Below are positions 1 through 10,420 of a stretch of 39,852 bases of DNA, in pieces. Each line of letters opens with the position of its first letter. The first letter of the stretch is position 1. The translations under genes were made by a program, and so were the position numbers. The stretch comes from a virus. Lineage: Duplodnaviria > Caudoviricetes. Under the pieces are notes generated by a model, which saw only the letters and a list, made by a program, of their open reading frames with translations, searched no databases and was not told where the DNA came from. The stretch spans positions 1-39,852 of the IMG/VR virus record IMGVR_UViG_3300037780_000056; one strand, written 5' to 3'.

Positions 1-127
1 GATTTTGAGGGAAAATAGCTACCGAGACCCCGAATAGCTACCGGTCGCGCCTAGCGACCCCTGTTAGACCCTTTAAAATGGCACGCCCAGAGAGATTCGA
101 ACTCCCGACACCCAGGTTCGAAGCCTG
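1..127. repeat. Left att direct repeat, identical to 38566-38692; may extend beyond the window edge
   Basis: gattttgagg...gttcgaagcctg matches base for base and diverges at 128 vs 38693. Confidence 0.97.
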
Positions 128-251
128 TTAACCAGACTAACAAAAAAGGTAATGCAATCAGGTACATACGAATCGGCTCTGGTAGCTATTCAAGGTTAAT
201 TAGGTCGGCTACAGGCCGCATTATTAGGCGTCGGCAGAAAAAATAGCTACC
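14..251. promoter_or_regulatory. Putative integrase arm-type sites AATAGCTACC (14-23, 33-42, 181-190 inverted, 242-251)
   Basis: The 10-mer recurs on both sides of the att core, and at 38579-38588 and 38598-38607; layout typical of tyrosine-integrase arm sites. Confidence 0.7.
79..127 (-). pseudogene. Duplicated 3' fragment of tRNA-Arg (anticodon arm to CCA), att core
   Basis: Identical to 38644-38692 of the intact tRNA; 5' half absent. Confidence 0.93.
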
Positions 252-626
252 GAGCGTTTATGCAATTTCTTCCGCGTTGTTTGGGTCAATCTCTTCGCCG
301 GTTTTTTCTCCCTGGTAACATGCTTTCGCATGACCCACTTCATTTGCCCTCGTTCGATCAGTAAATGTATCTCGCCACTCACTTTTACCCCTTACTGCTT
401 TCGTTTTTGTGCGACATATTATGCATGTTAGAAATAAGAAGGACGTGCGAGATAACTTGAAAGAAGCGAGGCGATGTCTCACATCGCTGATCACAAAATA
501 AACAGCGGCTCTCGGATCCGTGTTAATTAAAGGCTCTGGGACGCCGATCGGAAAGCCGGTACGTCTAGACGTGAGCAATGACTTAAAACGAACTGCAGAA
601 TGTTTTAGCTATTCGTCGCCTTGTGC

Positions 627-2174
627 TTATCTGTAGTAGAGAGTTACACCGTCGCCACACTTGCCAAACGAAACCCAGCCTTCGCCGATCACCTGGTCGT
701 CCAGGACAGGAGAGAAACCGGCACGGTTAACATCGCACCACTCTTTGCGCTTTTCGCGTGGTTCGTGTTCGCGTGTTGGATCATAGTCCGGGTTAAGCAC
801 TCGCCTGGTGAGTTTGTTGCCGTCTTCGTCTTCCGTGATGATTTTGGCATCGTCCGGCACCGTGATGCCTTGGGGGATACGGTCGCTATGGTAGCTGTGC
901 TGGATTTCCTCGGCTTCCTTCAGTGTAATTCTTTCCATAACTGGCGAGCCGTCTTTGTTCCAGACCCTAATGGTCTTCTTAATAGCGACAGTACGATAGT
1001 CCTCGTGCGCAGGCGTCAAAACACCGGTAACCGGGTCGATAGATTCAGGAATAGGCACTAACTTCCTTTCGGTTTTGACGACTTGCGCCGTTTTCGCCGG
1101 TGTGATTTCTATGCGCTCGGCATTGTCGGGAAAAACTATACCGTTGTCTTCGATTTGTTTGTCCGAGTATCGGGCGATTCGCTGGAGACCTTCGAACTCA
1201 TAGATCCAGCTATACCCCATCACTGCCGGTACTGGCTGATCATCGAACACTGTTACCTCTTTTTCTCGCTGAACTTCTTCAGTTTCTGCCGGGACGGTCT
1301 CTACCCACTCAGTAACGGTATATTCTTCGAACAGCGGGCGGTCTAAACTGTCGCGCAGGTACTTCCGAGAATAGATCATGTCGTTGCCCATTCTCACGCC
1401 TGCGTTGCCGGAAACTATGCCGATGGGTTGCTCGCCGGGTTGCGCCTGGCGAATGTACTTTTTCCCGTATGCGCCGTTTTCAATCGCCGCGTTGATTGCA
1501 TCGTAATCGGGCACAACCGTCCACCCACAACGGTCTTCGTTATCTGGGTTCCCATCCGACCATTCCATTGCTTCCGTAATGTCAGCACCTGCCGCCGAGT
1601 AAGCGTTGTCAGAATAAGTAGCCCCCGCGCCATCGGCACGCCAAACCGGGTCGCCGCCAGCGTTTGCTTCAAACAAAGCGAAATTGAAAGATGTTGAGGC
1701 AGCACGATTTGTTCTCATGCGTTGCATGTTGCCAACAAAAGAACCGTTAGTGTTTCTACCCCAATATAAATTCGATGAAGACTCGCTGTTCTCTAGTAAA
1801 GTGCGACCTTCGATAGTGAGATATCCCGTGTCGTTGTCTAGGTTAATGAGGGAAACCGTATTTGAATGGTTGTTGATATTTAAATCGCCGCCACTCTCAA
1901 GGTTAATCACTATGTTGGCACCAGACTTCCATATGGAGCCAGCGGACGCGCTACCTCCATCCGGCACAATATTACTTGAGAAAGTAGAAGCGCCAGTTAC
2001 GTTCAAAGTACTACCCAGTACCACCGGGTCAGCTTCAGCCAACTTATCAAGCACCACGTTATCGACAGTCGCGAAACCAAAATCACCGCCTCCGGTGTGT
2101 TGTAGTAGTATCGTGTCTGTGCCGAGAACCGTCGTAATCTCGGGCGTGAATTGCTGGATTGTTTTGTCAGCCAT
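627..2174 (-). CDS. Tail fiber/spike with C-terminal Peptidase_G2-type intramolecular chaperone
   Basis: Motifs ADITEAMEWSDGNPDNEDRCG, PIGIVSGN and LNPDYDPTREHEPREKRKEW resemble the G2 autocleavage domain; last gene of the tail module. Confidence 0.82.
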   Translation of the reverse strand: MADKTIQQFTPEITTVLGTDTILLQHTGGGDFGFATVDNVVLDKLAEADPVVLGSTLNVTGASTFSSNIVPDGGSASAGSIWKSGANIVINLESGGDLNINNHSNTVSLINLDNDTGYLTIEGRTLLENSESSSNLYWGRNTNGSFVGNMQRMRTNRAASTSFNFALFEANAGGDPVWRADGAGATYSDNAYSAAGADITEAMEWSDGNPDNEDRCGWTVVPDYDAINAAIENGAYGKKYIRQAQPGEQPIGIVSGNAGVRMGNDMIYSRKYLRDSLDRPLFEEYTVTEWVETVPAETEEVQREKEVTVFDDQPVPAVMGYSWIYEFEGLQRIARYSDKQIEDNGIVFPDNAERIEITPAKTAQVVKTERKLVPIPESIDPVTGVLTPAHEDYRTVAIKKTIRVWNKDGSPVMERITLKEAEEIQHSYHSDRIPQGITVPDDAKIITEDEDGNKLTRRVLNPDYDPTREHEPREKRKEWCDVNRAGFSPVLDDQVIGEGWVSFGKCGDGVTLYYR

Positions 2175-2176
2175 TG

Positions 2177-2356
2177 TTAAACCTCTTTCGTGCTTCTATG
2201 TATCCAGAGCTCGCCGACCTGGCGATAGTGCTCGCGGCCGGCCTCTGTGTTGATGAAAACTAAACCATGTTCCATTTGCGCGGGGTTGCCGCCGTACTTC
2301 TCCACTAGAGCAAGCATTAACTCGGTTGTTAGCGCGGGATGCTGTGGCACTGCCAT
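2177..2356 (-). CDS. Small 59-aa hypothetical tail-module protein (MAVPQHPALT...HRSTKEV), absent from ORF track
   Basis: ATG overlaps the upstream stop (TAATG); ORF fills the gap to the fiber gene. Confidence 0.65.
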   Translation of the reverse strand: MAVPQHPALTTELMLALVEKYGGNPAQMEHGLVFINTEAGREHYRQVGELWIHRSTKEV

Positions 2357-5300
2357 TAGTCTGGAACCTGTTCAAGTTTGGTGAACGTGACAGCAGTCTC
2401 GTCCGACAAAATGAGCATGCTGTCTGTTGTGACTTTCATGTCGGCCCCAAAAAAGAACTTTATTCGGTCATTGGCATTCTCAGCCTCGTAAACGAAGGTG
2501 GTTGCGATACTTGTAAAGAAAGAGTTTTCGTTTGTGACTAGCTGTGCGGGTACGAATCCGCCGGTCCTAGCGGTTATCTGCGGATTGATTATTGCGTAAG
2601 AGGCACCGCCTACCTTGTGCCATGGGGTGAGGGCGGCCGACCAGGCAAAGACATTTGCACTGTTTTTCGTAAGCTCTACCTTAAAACCAACATGAACAGC
2701 GATTAAGTACAAACCGGGCTGGTCAAGTTCAAATTCTGTGCCCGCTACAGGAGTGATCGGCGCTGAACCGTTCCGACTAATCGTCCACTCATCAATAAAT
2801 TTACTAACAGCGACTTCATTTCCACTGATGTCGTTTGCTAACTTGAACGAGTCGCTCAACAGGGCCCCGGTGTTTTTGGTCGCGTTGTTGTCTGGCTTTT
2901 CGGACCCCGTTACCTGAGTAGCAAAGTCTGCAGCATCGACGATCGCCAGGTCCCCCTGGCCGACGATACCTGCCGCTATGTTTTGTGCGGTGACGTCACC
3001 TACTTGTTTCCAGGTACCAGATTCTTTCGTGTAGAAAGCATAGCTACTGCTGCCCAGGTCCCGTATGTGGAGATTGCCATCAACGCCGGTGCCGTTGTCA
3101 GGAACTGAGGCGCTGAACGTGATTGAGTTATCAGTTGCTTCTAGCGAACCGTTATACCCAAGACCGAAAATGGTTACCTGCCCACCACCAGCACCACTTA
3201 GGCTACCGTCAGCCAGAATCGAGATTGCGGTGTTTAGCACTTGCTCAGTGTTCGTCAGCCTGGTCACGTCGATCGAGCCGATCTTGACGAACGTGCCGGT
3301 GGATTTAACCACGTCTCCGTTCGGTGCAACTAAGCGATCGCCACCTGGCGATACGATGTCGGCGTTTACGTGCGAGCTGCGGTAGTAGTCACCGGTCGAT
3401 TTATCGACCCAGATTAACCCTTCGAAGTGGTCTGGCCTGGTCTCCGCCTCAACAGTCGTTGCAGCGCCGTCTTGTGGCTTGGCGTTCGTCGTTGGCTGGT
3501 CATCGATAACGCCAGTCCAGTTCGCTGTAGTCGCGGCCACAGTGGCGTCGATTAACGGCACACCGGTCAGCGTCGATGGCACCAGGATGCTTGGCGTGAA
3601 ATCCGAATAGCGGTTGCCGATCCGGCCGCGCAACCAGTAATACTGGCGAGTGGTGTTGCCAGTCATGTGCGGCGCTTTGTTGCCACGGCCTTCAAATATC
3701 TTTGAGGCGGAGTCGATACTGGATCCAGTCGATGCAAAGACCTCAATCAAATCCCAGCTTGTGGGATCCTCGGGATTGTCCCAGGTGATTTCGTTCCCGC
3801 CCGGGATCGGTGTAACCGCTGCATTCGATGGCTGGTTTACACCTTCATTCAGATCAGCATAGGCTGTACGGGAGACAGGCAGGTACTGGATCCGGACGTT
3901 ACTATCGAACTGGCTAACTGCAGGCAATCCAGGATATCCAGTCCAGCGTGTCGTGGTCGATTCTTTCTGGGCTGAAAAGTCGACGCCGTGCTGAGGTTCA
4001 TTACCCTGGGTCGGATAGTCGCCACGATCGGCTACAATCTTCCCTGCAGCGATCGGGACAGAATTGCCTGAGCCGTCGATAAGGATAACAACAGCGCCCG
4101 CTGCACCACCGCCTCCAGCACCACCATGGATGTAATCATCTGTGCCGCCCAGGGATCCGTCGTTACCAGATACATCGAGCTCGCCAGATACCCCGAAGCT
4201 CATGCCACGGGAAACGATAACGACGGATCCGCCTCCAGCACCACCAAATCCACCTGCGACCGGTGTGCCTGCATCGAAGGTACCATTTAGCGATTGCCCG
4301 CCCACAGCGCCGCCACTGCCGCGCATATCGGCCGGATATCCTGTCAAGACACCTGCATCATTTTCGATCGCTAGAGCCGGTACAGCTTGCACCTTCCCAA
4401 ATACGGTAGGGCCGTTAGTGAAGTTGATGATGTTAGGCGTAAAAAGACTGTGGTTTACAAATGAGGCACCCTGGCCACGTGTCGTACCGATCCAGCCGGC
4501 AAGAGAAGAAGCTAAACCGCCACCTTTCCCGTCGAGTTTGCCGAGTATGGAGAAATGCCCCTTAACCCAGATCTCGATGTTTCCAGAAAATGACACCGTG
4601 TGCCCGGCGCTGATCGTCAGGTCGCCGTCGTAGTAGTACCTCGTGCGCGTTGTCGTTCCGCCTGTGAGCGTTCCTCCGGCCGTGGTAAAGCCTGAGCCGT
4701 TAATAGAAAGCACTGTGCCTAACTCTGTGCCGGCGCTGATGTACGCGGCATCAGGGACAACAGCGCTGCCATTGTCGTCGTCTCCGATCTGTGTGGCGCT
4801 TGTCGCGGATCCCACAAAGTCGACGACCACACTGTCTTTGATTTGGTCGATCGTGACGCGCTGAACTTCCATTGGTCTGTCGAACGATGAAACGTCGGTC
4901 AGGTTTTGGTAGTCGCGGATGTTTGATAGATCGACGCGGTAAACGTCTCCGACTTCAATATCGAAGCCGATCGAGGGCATGATCTTCACGCCGGATAGAC
5001 GCAGTGGTGGTGAGGCGACCGCATCACGTTGAGATTCGAAGATGTTACGCAGAATCGTTGTGGTGTGCCTGGCTGGCGTTAGACCCTTGAACGCGAGCTC
5101 TTTCGTTTTTGAGTCCGGGAAACGCGCCGCGGCGATCGGGTCGTTGATGACGCGCTCGCGATAAAACCCTTTGTTGTTTGGACCGAATTCCCGATATCCC
5201 CAGCGCACACGAAAACGTGATGAAACAGCGTCCAGGTCATGGTCTAACTTACCGACCTTGGCGATCAGCTTCTCGTTAAGTGTGGCGGAGTAGTCAGAGT

Positions 5301-6387
5301 TTGATAACGTCGCGACCTTACGGCGGAGCGATAAAGTGCCATCTGGTTCAACCAGGAGAAAGGCGTTGATCAGGGACAGCACTTCTTTTTCTAGGAACGC
5401 TTTACCGTCAGTCTCTGAGAGTGCGCCACCCTCAAAACGCAGGATCAAACCTTTAGTATCGTCGCTGGTGTCGTACCAGTCGGGATAGCTCTCGAAACTG
5501 GCGGGCGGTACGTCGGCCTCATCGATGCCCAGGTGATAAGCATCAGGTAACGTGGCACCACCCTGGTTAAGCAATTTGCCGGTCAGAATCGCATAGATGA
5601 GTTTTGCGACTGGCAACTCAAGATAGGGATAGTACTCGACCTCGACACCGTTGTCGGAGTTAGCGTCGTCGGGTAGGGCATGGGCCCTCGCACGTGTTCC
5701 GAATATGCCGCGTGTAACTCCTGTCAGCGTGGTGGCGGTTTTACCTGTTGCGCTGCAGATCTCCCACGAGTCCTGGTATTTGATGCGAAACATAATGACC
5801 GAGGTGCTAGGCAGGTATGAGTAACTCGTGCCATGGGGGACAGCATCGAACCCCTCGGTGGTGTAAACCTGCAGCGTGGTGTCATCTTCGGCAACTGCAG
5901 CGCTCAGACGTGTAGCGGGGAAACTGAACGTGTTTTTGCGAAGCTGGCGCTGCTTGTCACTACAATTAAAGTCATACTGACCATTGTGGTAGCTGAGAAC
6001 GGAGTCAGTAAATTGCGTCATTTCCTTGCGGAAGTCTGCAAAAGCCAACTGCTCGAAGCCGCGATATAAAACGACCTTGCGGCCTCTTGGGCCCTCGTCG
6101 TTTGTGAATTGCTCGAGGTTTAGAAGATCGGAGACCGCTTCGCCGACGTCCAGGATAGAGAATTTAAGACGGCCAATTTCGGAGCGGGCAGAGTCGGGCA
6201 GGTATCGCTGGGTCTTTGCGTTGACGTTAATCAACGAGCCATGGATGGAAGTACTCTCCGGCGTGTCGATATCGTCGTGCGACGTAAAATAGTACGTGTC
6301 ACCGGAGTACTCCATCGACACAACAAGTCGCAGCGTTCGCTCAGGAAACTGCGAATAAACATTGTAAGTATCGCTGTTTTGTCTCAC
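2356..6387 (-). CDS. Tail tip / central fiber (host-specificity-like) protein
   Basis: 1343 aa after TMP and a Dit-like gene; Gly-rich region, FN3-like ITWDNP..WDLIEVF..YYWLR segment, KPDNNAT-type repeats. Confidence 0.8.
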   Translation of the reverse strand: MRQNSDTYNVYSQFPERTLRLVVSMEYSGDTYYFTSHDDIDTPESTSIHGSLINVNAKTQRYLPDSARSEIGRLKFSILDVGEAVSDLLNLEQFTNDEGPRGRKVVLYRGFEQLAFADFRKEMTQFTDSVLSYHNGQYDFNCSDKQRQLRKNTFSFPATRLSAAVAEDDTTLQVYTTEGFDAVPHGTSYSYLPSTSVIMFRIKYQDSWEICSATGKTATTLTGVTRGIFGTRARAHALPDDANSDNGVEVEYYPYLELPVAKLIYAILTGKLLNQGGATLPDAYHLGIDEADVPPASFESYPDWYDTSDDTKGLILRFEGGALSETDGKAFLEKEVLSLINAFLLVEPDGTLSLRRKVATLSNSDYSATLNEKLIAKVGKLDHDLDAVSSRFRVRWGYREFGPNNKGFYRERVINDPIAAARFPDSKTKELAFKGLTPARHTTTILRNIFESQRDAVASPPLRLSGVKIMPSIGFDIEVGDVYRVDLSNIRDYQNLTDVSSFDRPMEVQRVTIDQIKDSVVVDFVGSATSATQIGDDDNGSAVVPDAAYISAGTELGTVLSINGSGFTTAGGTLTGGTTTRTRYYYDGDLTISAGHTVSFSGNIEIWVKGHFSILGKLDGKGGGLASSLAGWIGTTRGQGASFVNHSLFTPNIINFTNGPTVFGKVQAVPALAIENDAGVLTGYPADMRGSGGAVGGQSLNGTFDAGTPVAGGFGGAGGGSVVIVSRGMSFGVSGELDVSGNDGSLGGTDDYIHGGAGGGGAAGAVVILIDGSGNSVPIAAGKIVADRGDYPTQGNEPQHGVDFSAQKESTTTRWTGYPGLPAVSQFDSNVRIQYLPVSRTAYADLNEGVNQPSNAAVTPIPGGNEITWDNPEDPTSWDLIEVFASTGSSIDSASKIFEGRGNKAPHMTGNTTRQYYWLRGRIGNRYSDFTPSILVPSTLTGVPLIDATVAATTANWTGVIDDQPTTNAKPQDGAATTVEAETRPDHFEGLIWVDKSTGDYYRSSHVNADIVSPGGDRLVAPNGDVVKSTGTFVKIGSIDVTRLTNTEQVLNTAISILADGSLSGAGGGQVTIFGLGYNGSLEATDNSITFSASVPDNGTGVDGNLHIRDLGSSSYAFYTKESGTWKQVGDVTAQNIAAGIVGQGDLAIVDAADFATQVTGSEKPDNNATKNTGALLSDSFKLANDISGNEVAVSKFIDEWTISRNGSAPITPVAGTEFELDQPGLYLIAVHVGFKVELTKNSANVFAWSAALTPWHKVGGASYAIINPQITARTGGFVPAQLVTNENSFFTSIATTFVYEAENANDRIKFFFGADMKVTTDSMLILSDETAVTFTKLEQVPD

Positions 6388-6773
6388 TAGACTACTCGCA
6401 CCCTGAATCCATATAAACGATGGCGCGGTCCAGGCGACTGCTCTTTCCAGGTGTTCGGCACCAACTTGACCGTCAGCGGATTGTTAGGCGATCCCTCTGT
6501 ACCGTATGCGTCCAGCGTGAAGTTCTGGCCGCCGATGACGGAATGCCAGAACTCCTCCCAATACGGCCACTCTGATAGGTCGCGCGGATCCGTTAAGACA
6601 TCGTGAAACTTCGCCCGGCCGAGGTATGTTGTCTCGACGTTAGATTCATCAAGGGAGGGTGTGGCGACGACGTTATCGGTATGCTTTGTCGCGAATTGTT
6701 GGATTGCTGGATGCAGCTTTCCGGTGCTTCCACCCACAGTAGATCGATACGGTGTATAAACGATGTAACCCAT
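6387..6773 (-). CDS. Putative distal tail protein
   Basis: Size and position directly after TMP; translationally coupled. Confidence 0.6.
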   Translation of the reverse strand: MGYIVYTPYRSTVGGSTGKLHPAIQQFATKHTDNVVATPSLDESNVETTYLGRAKFHDVLTDPRDLSEWPYWEEFWHSVIGGQNFTLDAYGTEGSPNNPLTVKLVPNTWKEQSPGPRHRLYGFRVRVV

Positions 6774-8824
6774 TAGGCGACACCTCGCGCCGTGGCCAAG
6801 TCGATGCCGTTGCGTGAATCTGCTGGAATCAGTTCGAAGTCTTCCTCGACGATGATGCGGCGCATCTCTGCCAGGTTTTGCTCTGCGTCAGTACCGACGG
6901 TCAAACCATCTGGGAAGTGGAAGTGGACCTCGGTTTTTGCCTGGTTGCTCGAAGTGTTTCCATCAGCCGAGAGGCTGCCAATAGTATCGACTATTGAGTT
7001 GGCCGAACTGGCGGCGCTAGGCAGACCGCTCGTGCCAGACGAGAATCCACCGCCGCCACTTGGATTAGTGATGCTGCCTGGCGAACCTAGCGACGTGCTT
7101 TTAATGGAGGCGATCTGGGCAGCGCCTTTAGCCGCCATGGCGATGGCTGCAGGAATACCGAGCGGAAAACCGCCAGCATTTTTATAGGAGCTAATGATTG
7201 CCGGTGGCAATGTCACCACGGCTTCAGCCAGTGCAAGCGTCTTCTGCAGCTTGAACATCTTTTTACTTTGACCGCCGAACATGTTGGCGATCTCAGTCAA
7301 GCTGCCAAAAAGCTTGGCCCGTCGATCCGAGGCGCTTTTTGCTTCGAGCTTAGATTTCTCGGCCTGGTATCGTTTCTCTGCGCGGATGTTGAGCGCCTGG
7401 AAGCGCTGCTCGGTCAACAAGTTGGCATTGTGCGATTCCTGGAGGAGAGTTTGCTCGGTGGTGAGCTTCTGCTGCAGTAGTTCAAGTTCTGACGCATACG
7501 ACGCGTTTAGGCTCTCGAGCCGTCCCTGGAGGCGTTCCTGTTCGCGTACATCGACGCCGCCTGTATCACCTTCCGCATCCGGAGTGTCGAGTCGTGTCTG
7601 GGCACGCGCTGCGATCGCCTCGGCTTTCGCTTCCGCATTCTGCAGCACCACAGCAAGCCGCTCATCAATGACGGCGCTGGGCAGATCCTCGAGCATCATT
7701 TGATGCAGCTCACCGCGAGCGTTGGTTAATCCGTCAGACAACGCGGTTAGTGTCTGATTAATGGCTTCCGGTGGACGCCACTCGGTATCGAGAGCGCTCT
7801 TTAATGAAGACAAACTCGCCCGGGTCTCATCGGAAATGCCTGGCAAGTGTTGGGCAGCCGAGATGAGACCGCGCATAGGCAAAAGCCAGGTGTCGCGAAT
7901 GACGTTCGCAAATCCGAAAGACGCATCCGTCACCAGCTTGATGCCGGCGACAAAAGCAGTCGAGAAACCATAGCCAGCGACCTCAACGCCTTTGAGGATT
8001 ACCTGGACGCCATGTAAACCGTCCGCAAAAGTACCGACGACACTAGCGCCGATCTTCATGCCTTTCTGAATAACGTCGCTCATTTCGTTTGAGGACATGC
8101 CGGCAGCGGTAAATTGGTCGGCGACCTCCGCAATAATTGGAGCGAGCGCAACAGTTACCTGGTTGCCAATGCCTTCGATCCGCTTGTTAGCCAGCAGCAT
8201 TGCATCGTTGGCGGCTTCAATCTTGGCGGCGTCAGTACGGCTCATAGCAATACCGAGCTCTTTCGCCTGATCGGTAGCGCCGCGCATGGCGTCCTCGCCT
8301 TGTTCGAATGTATTGATCAAACGAACACCAGACCGGCCGAAAATATCAGCAGAAAGCGACGCCTGCAGGGTTTCGTCGTCAAGTTTGCCGATCGCGTCAC
8401 CAATCTGGATGAAGCGCTCGTCCGCAGGTAACTGTGCCAGTTCCTCGACGTTAAGTCCGAGCTGCTTAAAGGCAGGTAGTGCTGTCCCGATACCACGTTG
8501 TGCTTCACCGACACCGCGGTTCATTTTTTCAAGTGATTTAGAGAGGGACTCTGACGACTCACCATTTAGCTCAGTGATTAACTGCAGGCCTGCCAGACCT
8601 TCCGTCGTCGCGCCAACTCGATCGGCGAACTTACCGAGCGCGTCACCACTAGAGAGTGACTTTGCGACCAGCGCACCCAGACCTGCAGCACCGGCTAGTG
8701 CAGCTACCTTTACCTGTGTGGAGTTTACACCGGCACGAACTGCGCCCAGGTTCTTCCGGATAGCCGTAAACGCACGTTTAGTTGCGTCCTTGCCGGTAAT
8801 GATAAATTTATATTCGTCAGCCAT
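6773..8824 (-). CDS. Tail tape measure protein
   Basis: Ala/Gly-rich helical protein, start ITGKDATKRAF, IFGRSG motif, follows the tail chaperone. Confidence 0.92.
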   Translation of the reverse strand: MADEYKFIITGKDATKRAFTAIRKNLGAVRAGVNSTQVKVAALAGAAGLGALVAKSLSSGDALGKFADRVGATTEGLAGLQLITELNGESSESLSKSLEKMNRGVGEAQRGIGTALPAFKQLGLNVEELAQLPADERFIQIGDAIGKLDDETLQASLSADIFGRSGVRLINTFEQGEDAMRGATDQAKELGIAMSRTDAAKIEAANDAMLLANKRIEGIGNQVTVALAPIIAEVADQFTAAGMSSNEMSDVIQKGMKIGASVVGTFADGLHGVQVILKGVEVAGYGFSTAFVAGIKLVTDASFGFANVIRDTWLLPMRGLISAAQHLPGISDETRASLSSLKSALDTEWRPPEAINQTLTALSDGLTNARGELHQMMLEDLPSAVIDERLAVVLQNAEAKAEAIAARAQTRLDTPDAEGDTGGVDVREQERLQGRLESLNASYASELELLQQKLTTEQTLLQESHNANLLTEQRFQALNIRAEKRYQAEKSKLEAKSASDRRAKLFGSLTEIANMFGGQSKKMFKLQKTLALAEAVVTLPPAIISSYKNAGGFPLGIPAAIAMAAKGAAQIASIKSTSLGSPGSITNPSGGGGFSSGTSGLPSAASSANSIVDTIGSLSADGNTSSNQAKTEVHFHFPDGLTVGTDAEQNLAEMRRIIVEEDFELIPADSRNGIDLATARGVA

Positions 8825-9484
8825 TGCTAATACTCAACAGGTGCTCGATCTCTTCCATCGCTTCGAGATAGCGGTTAGGTTGAGACGTCAGTCCACCATC
8901 GGTGAATAAGATTCGATTCTTGTAGTGCGTGTGCAGACGCAGGAAAAAGGCCGACTGCTCGTCGACCTGGGGCAGCAAGCAGATATTGGTTTCGATACCG
9001 AGCTGCGGGATCTTCCACTGGTTAAATGGAGCCGGGTTACTCGAGTCGCAGTGCTTGTTCCACTGACACTTGCTGCAGTCAAACTCTGAACGATTAACTG
9101 CGACCGTGTAGGTGATCGCTAGCTTTTTTTTTCTTCGTCCGTGATCACGGAGCGAACTAGGATCTCGTTAGCTAGAATTCCAAGCACTTGAGCGGGCAAG
9201 TTGTTTGCTGCAGCCCTGGAAAACTTTACCTCGCCGCCATCTTCTCCCGTGACGCCCTCCCAATCGACCAGGCCGTGGCGCAGCAACAAGAGGCGTCCGC
9301 GGTGATTCGGCACGAATGATCCATCGGACAGCGCCTCGCCTTCGCTCATGACTTCCAGCAAATCAATCTGCGTTAAGCCGCGAAGTTTGAAGCGCGCGGG
9401 CTTCTCTAGTTCGTCAGAGTCGTTTTCGTCATCATCAAGCGTGAACCAGTAGTCAGTCAGGCCTGCAGCTAGTTTAATTGTCAT
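8817..9484 (-). CDS. Tail assembly chaperone G-T fusion by predicted -1 frameshift at the A9 run (9124-9132)
   Basis: GAA GAA AAA AAA AGC TAG; the -1 frame is open ~100 codons (KLAITYTVAVNRSEFDCSKC...GGLTSQPNRYLEAMEEIEHLLSISNG) to a TGA overlapping the TMP start. Confidence 0.82.
9119..9484 (-). CDS. Tail assembly chaperone (gpG-like)
   Basis: Lies between tube and TMP; LVDWEGV motif; ends EEKKS at the slippery site. Confidence 0.85.
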   Translation of the reverse strand: MTIKLAAGLTDYWFTLDDDENDSDELEKPARFKLRGLTQIDLLEVMSEGEALSDGSFVPNHRGRLLLLRHGLVDWEGVTGEDGGEVKFSRAAANNLPAQVLGILANEILVRSVITDEEKKS

Positions 9485-9496
9485 ATGTTTTTGCTC

Positions 9497-10420
9497 TTAC
9501 GTGAATGCGAGTGAAAATGCAGAGTCGTCACCAGCTGCTCGGAATCCGATATCAAAGGTGCGGATCCCATCGCGATCGCCAGGTCCAATCTCGCGGTAAT
9601 AAGCGGTCGGGATGGTGAGTTGCGATTTGTTGCCGGCTGTGCCGCCAATGACACCGGTGGTGATGTTCTTAGAGGTGCCAGCCTTCCAGTCGCCGATGGG
9701 ATCATCGTCTGAGATCAGCGTCGCTTGCGGATCAAATGAGCCGGTATAGTCGCGATCAACAATCAGGATCTGGCCATAGCCATCGGCGTTGTTTGGATTG
9801 TTTGGCGTGACAGTCTGATTGCCCAGGCCGAAGGTCAGGTTATCGATCACTGAGGCATAACCACCTGTCGCGAACGACGCGTTGATAAATGGCGCCGGAA
9901 CCGTTGAATCAAACTGGAATGTCACGAGCGACGCATCGATCGGCCCGACCAGGTGACCAATCATCGTAAATGCGATCATCGGAATGTTGCCGGCCTCGTA
10001 GGTGAACTCAGCGTTACCCTGGACGCCGTTTAGCTCGTACAAACTGCCGTCCTCGTAGTAGTAGATCGTCACGTATTCGTGGCTCGTTGATACACCGGCA
10101 TATGTCACGCTAGTGTCTGCGACAACAGTCTCACCACAACCACACGCGCGGAGCAGGGGACCGAACTCGGGTGCCGTACCTTCTGTGCCGGATCCCTTGA
10201 TCTCGACGTTAAATGTCATTTCCATTAAGGTACCGGCGAACACTGGTTGTAATTGGCCTAGCGTACTTTTAACCGGTGAACGATCGAGCATTCTCGCACC
10301 GGCAAACGACCAGCCGATATCCTGTACCTGGACGGAGTTATCTGCCGCCGTTGGGGTTGGGTCGGTACCTGGGGTCGTTTCAATCTTGACCAGGATTCCC
10401 TCTTGTTTAGTCAGTTTCAT
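9497..10420 (-). CDS. Major tail tube protein
   Basis: KIETTPGTDPTP, GSGTEGTAPEFGPLLRACG and GDRDGI motifs; start placed at MKLTK behind GGAG. Confidence 0.85.
   Translation of the reverse strand: MKLTKQEGILVKIETTPGTDPTPTAADNSVQVQDIGWSFAGARMLDRSPVKSTLGQLQPVFAGTLMEMTFNVEIKGSGTEGTAPEFGPLLRACGCGETVVADTSVTYAGVSTSHEYVTIYYYEDGSLYELNGVQGNAEFTYEAGNIPMIAFTMIGHLVGPIDASLVTFQFDSTVPAPFINASFATGGYASVIDNLTFGLGNQTVTPNNPNNADGYGQILIVDRDYTGSFDPQATLISDDDPIGDWKAGTSKNITTGVIGGTAGNKSQLTIPTAYYREIGPGDRDGIRTFDIGFRAAGDDSAFSLAFT

Noticed and set aside
258-578. 106-aa minus-strand ORF next to att
   Set aside because: TTG start without a clear RBS and no recognisable motif
8888-9082. 64-aa ORF from the track
   Set aside because: Wrong frame; the region is explained by the -1 frameshift extension
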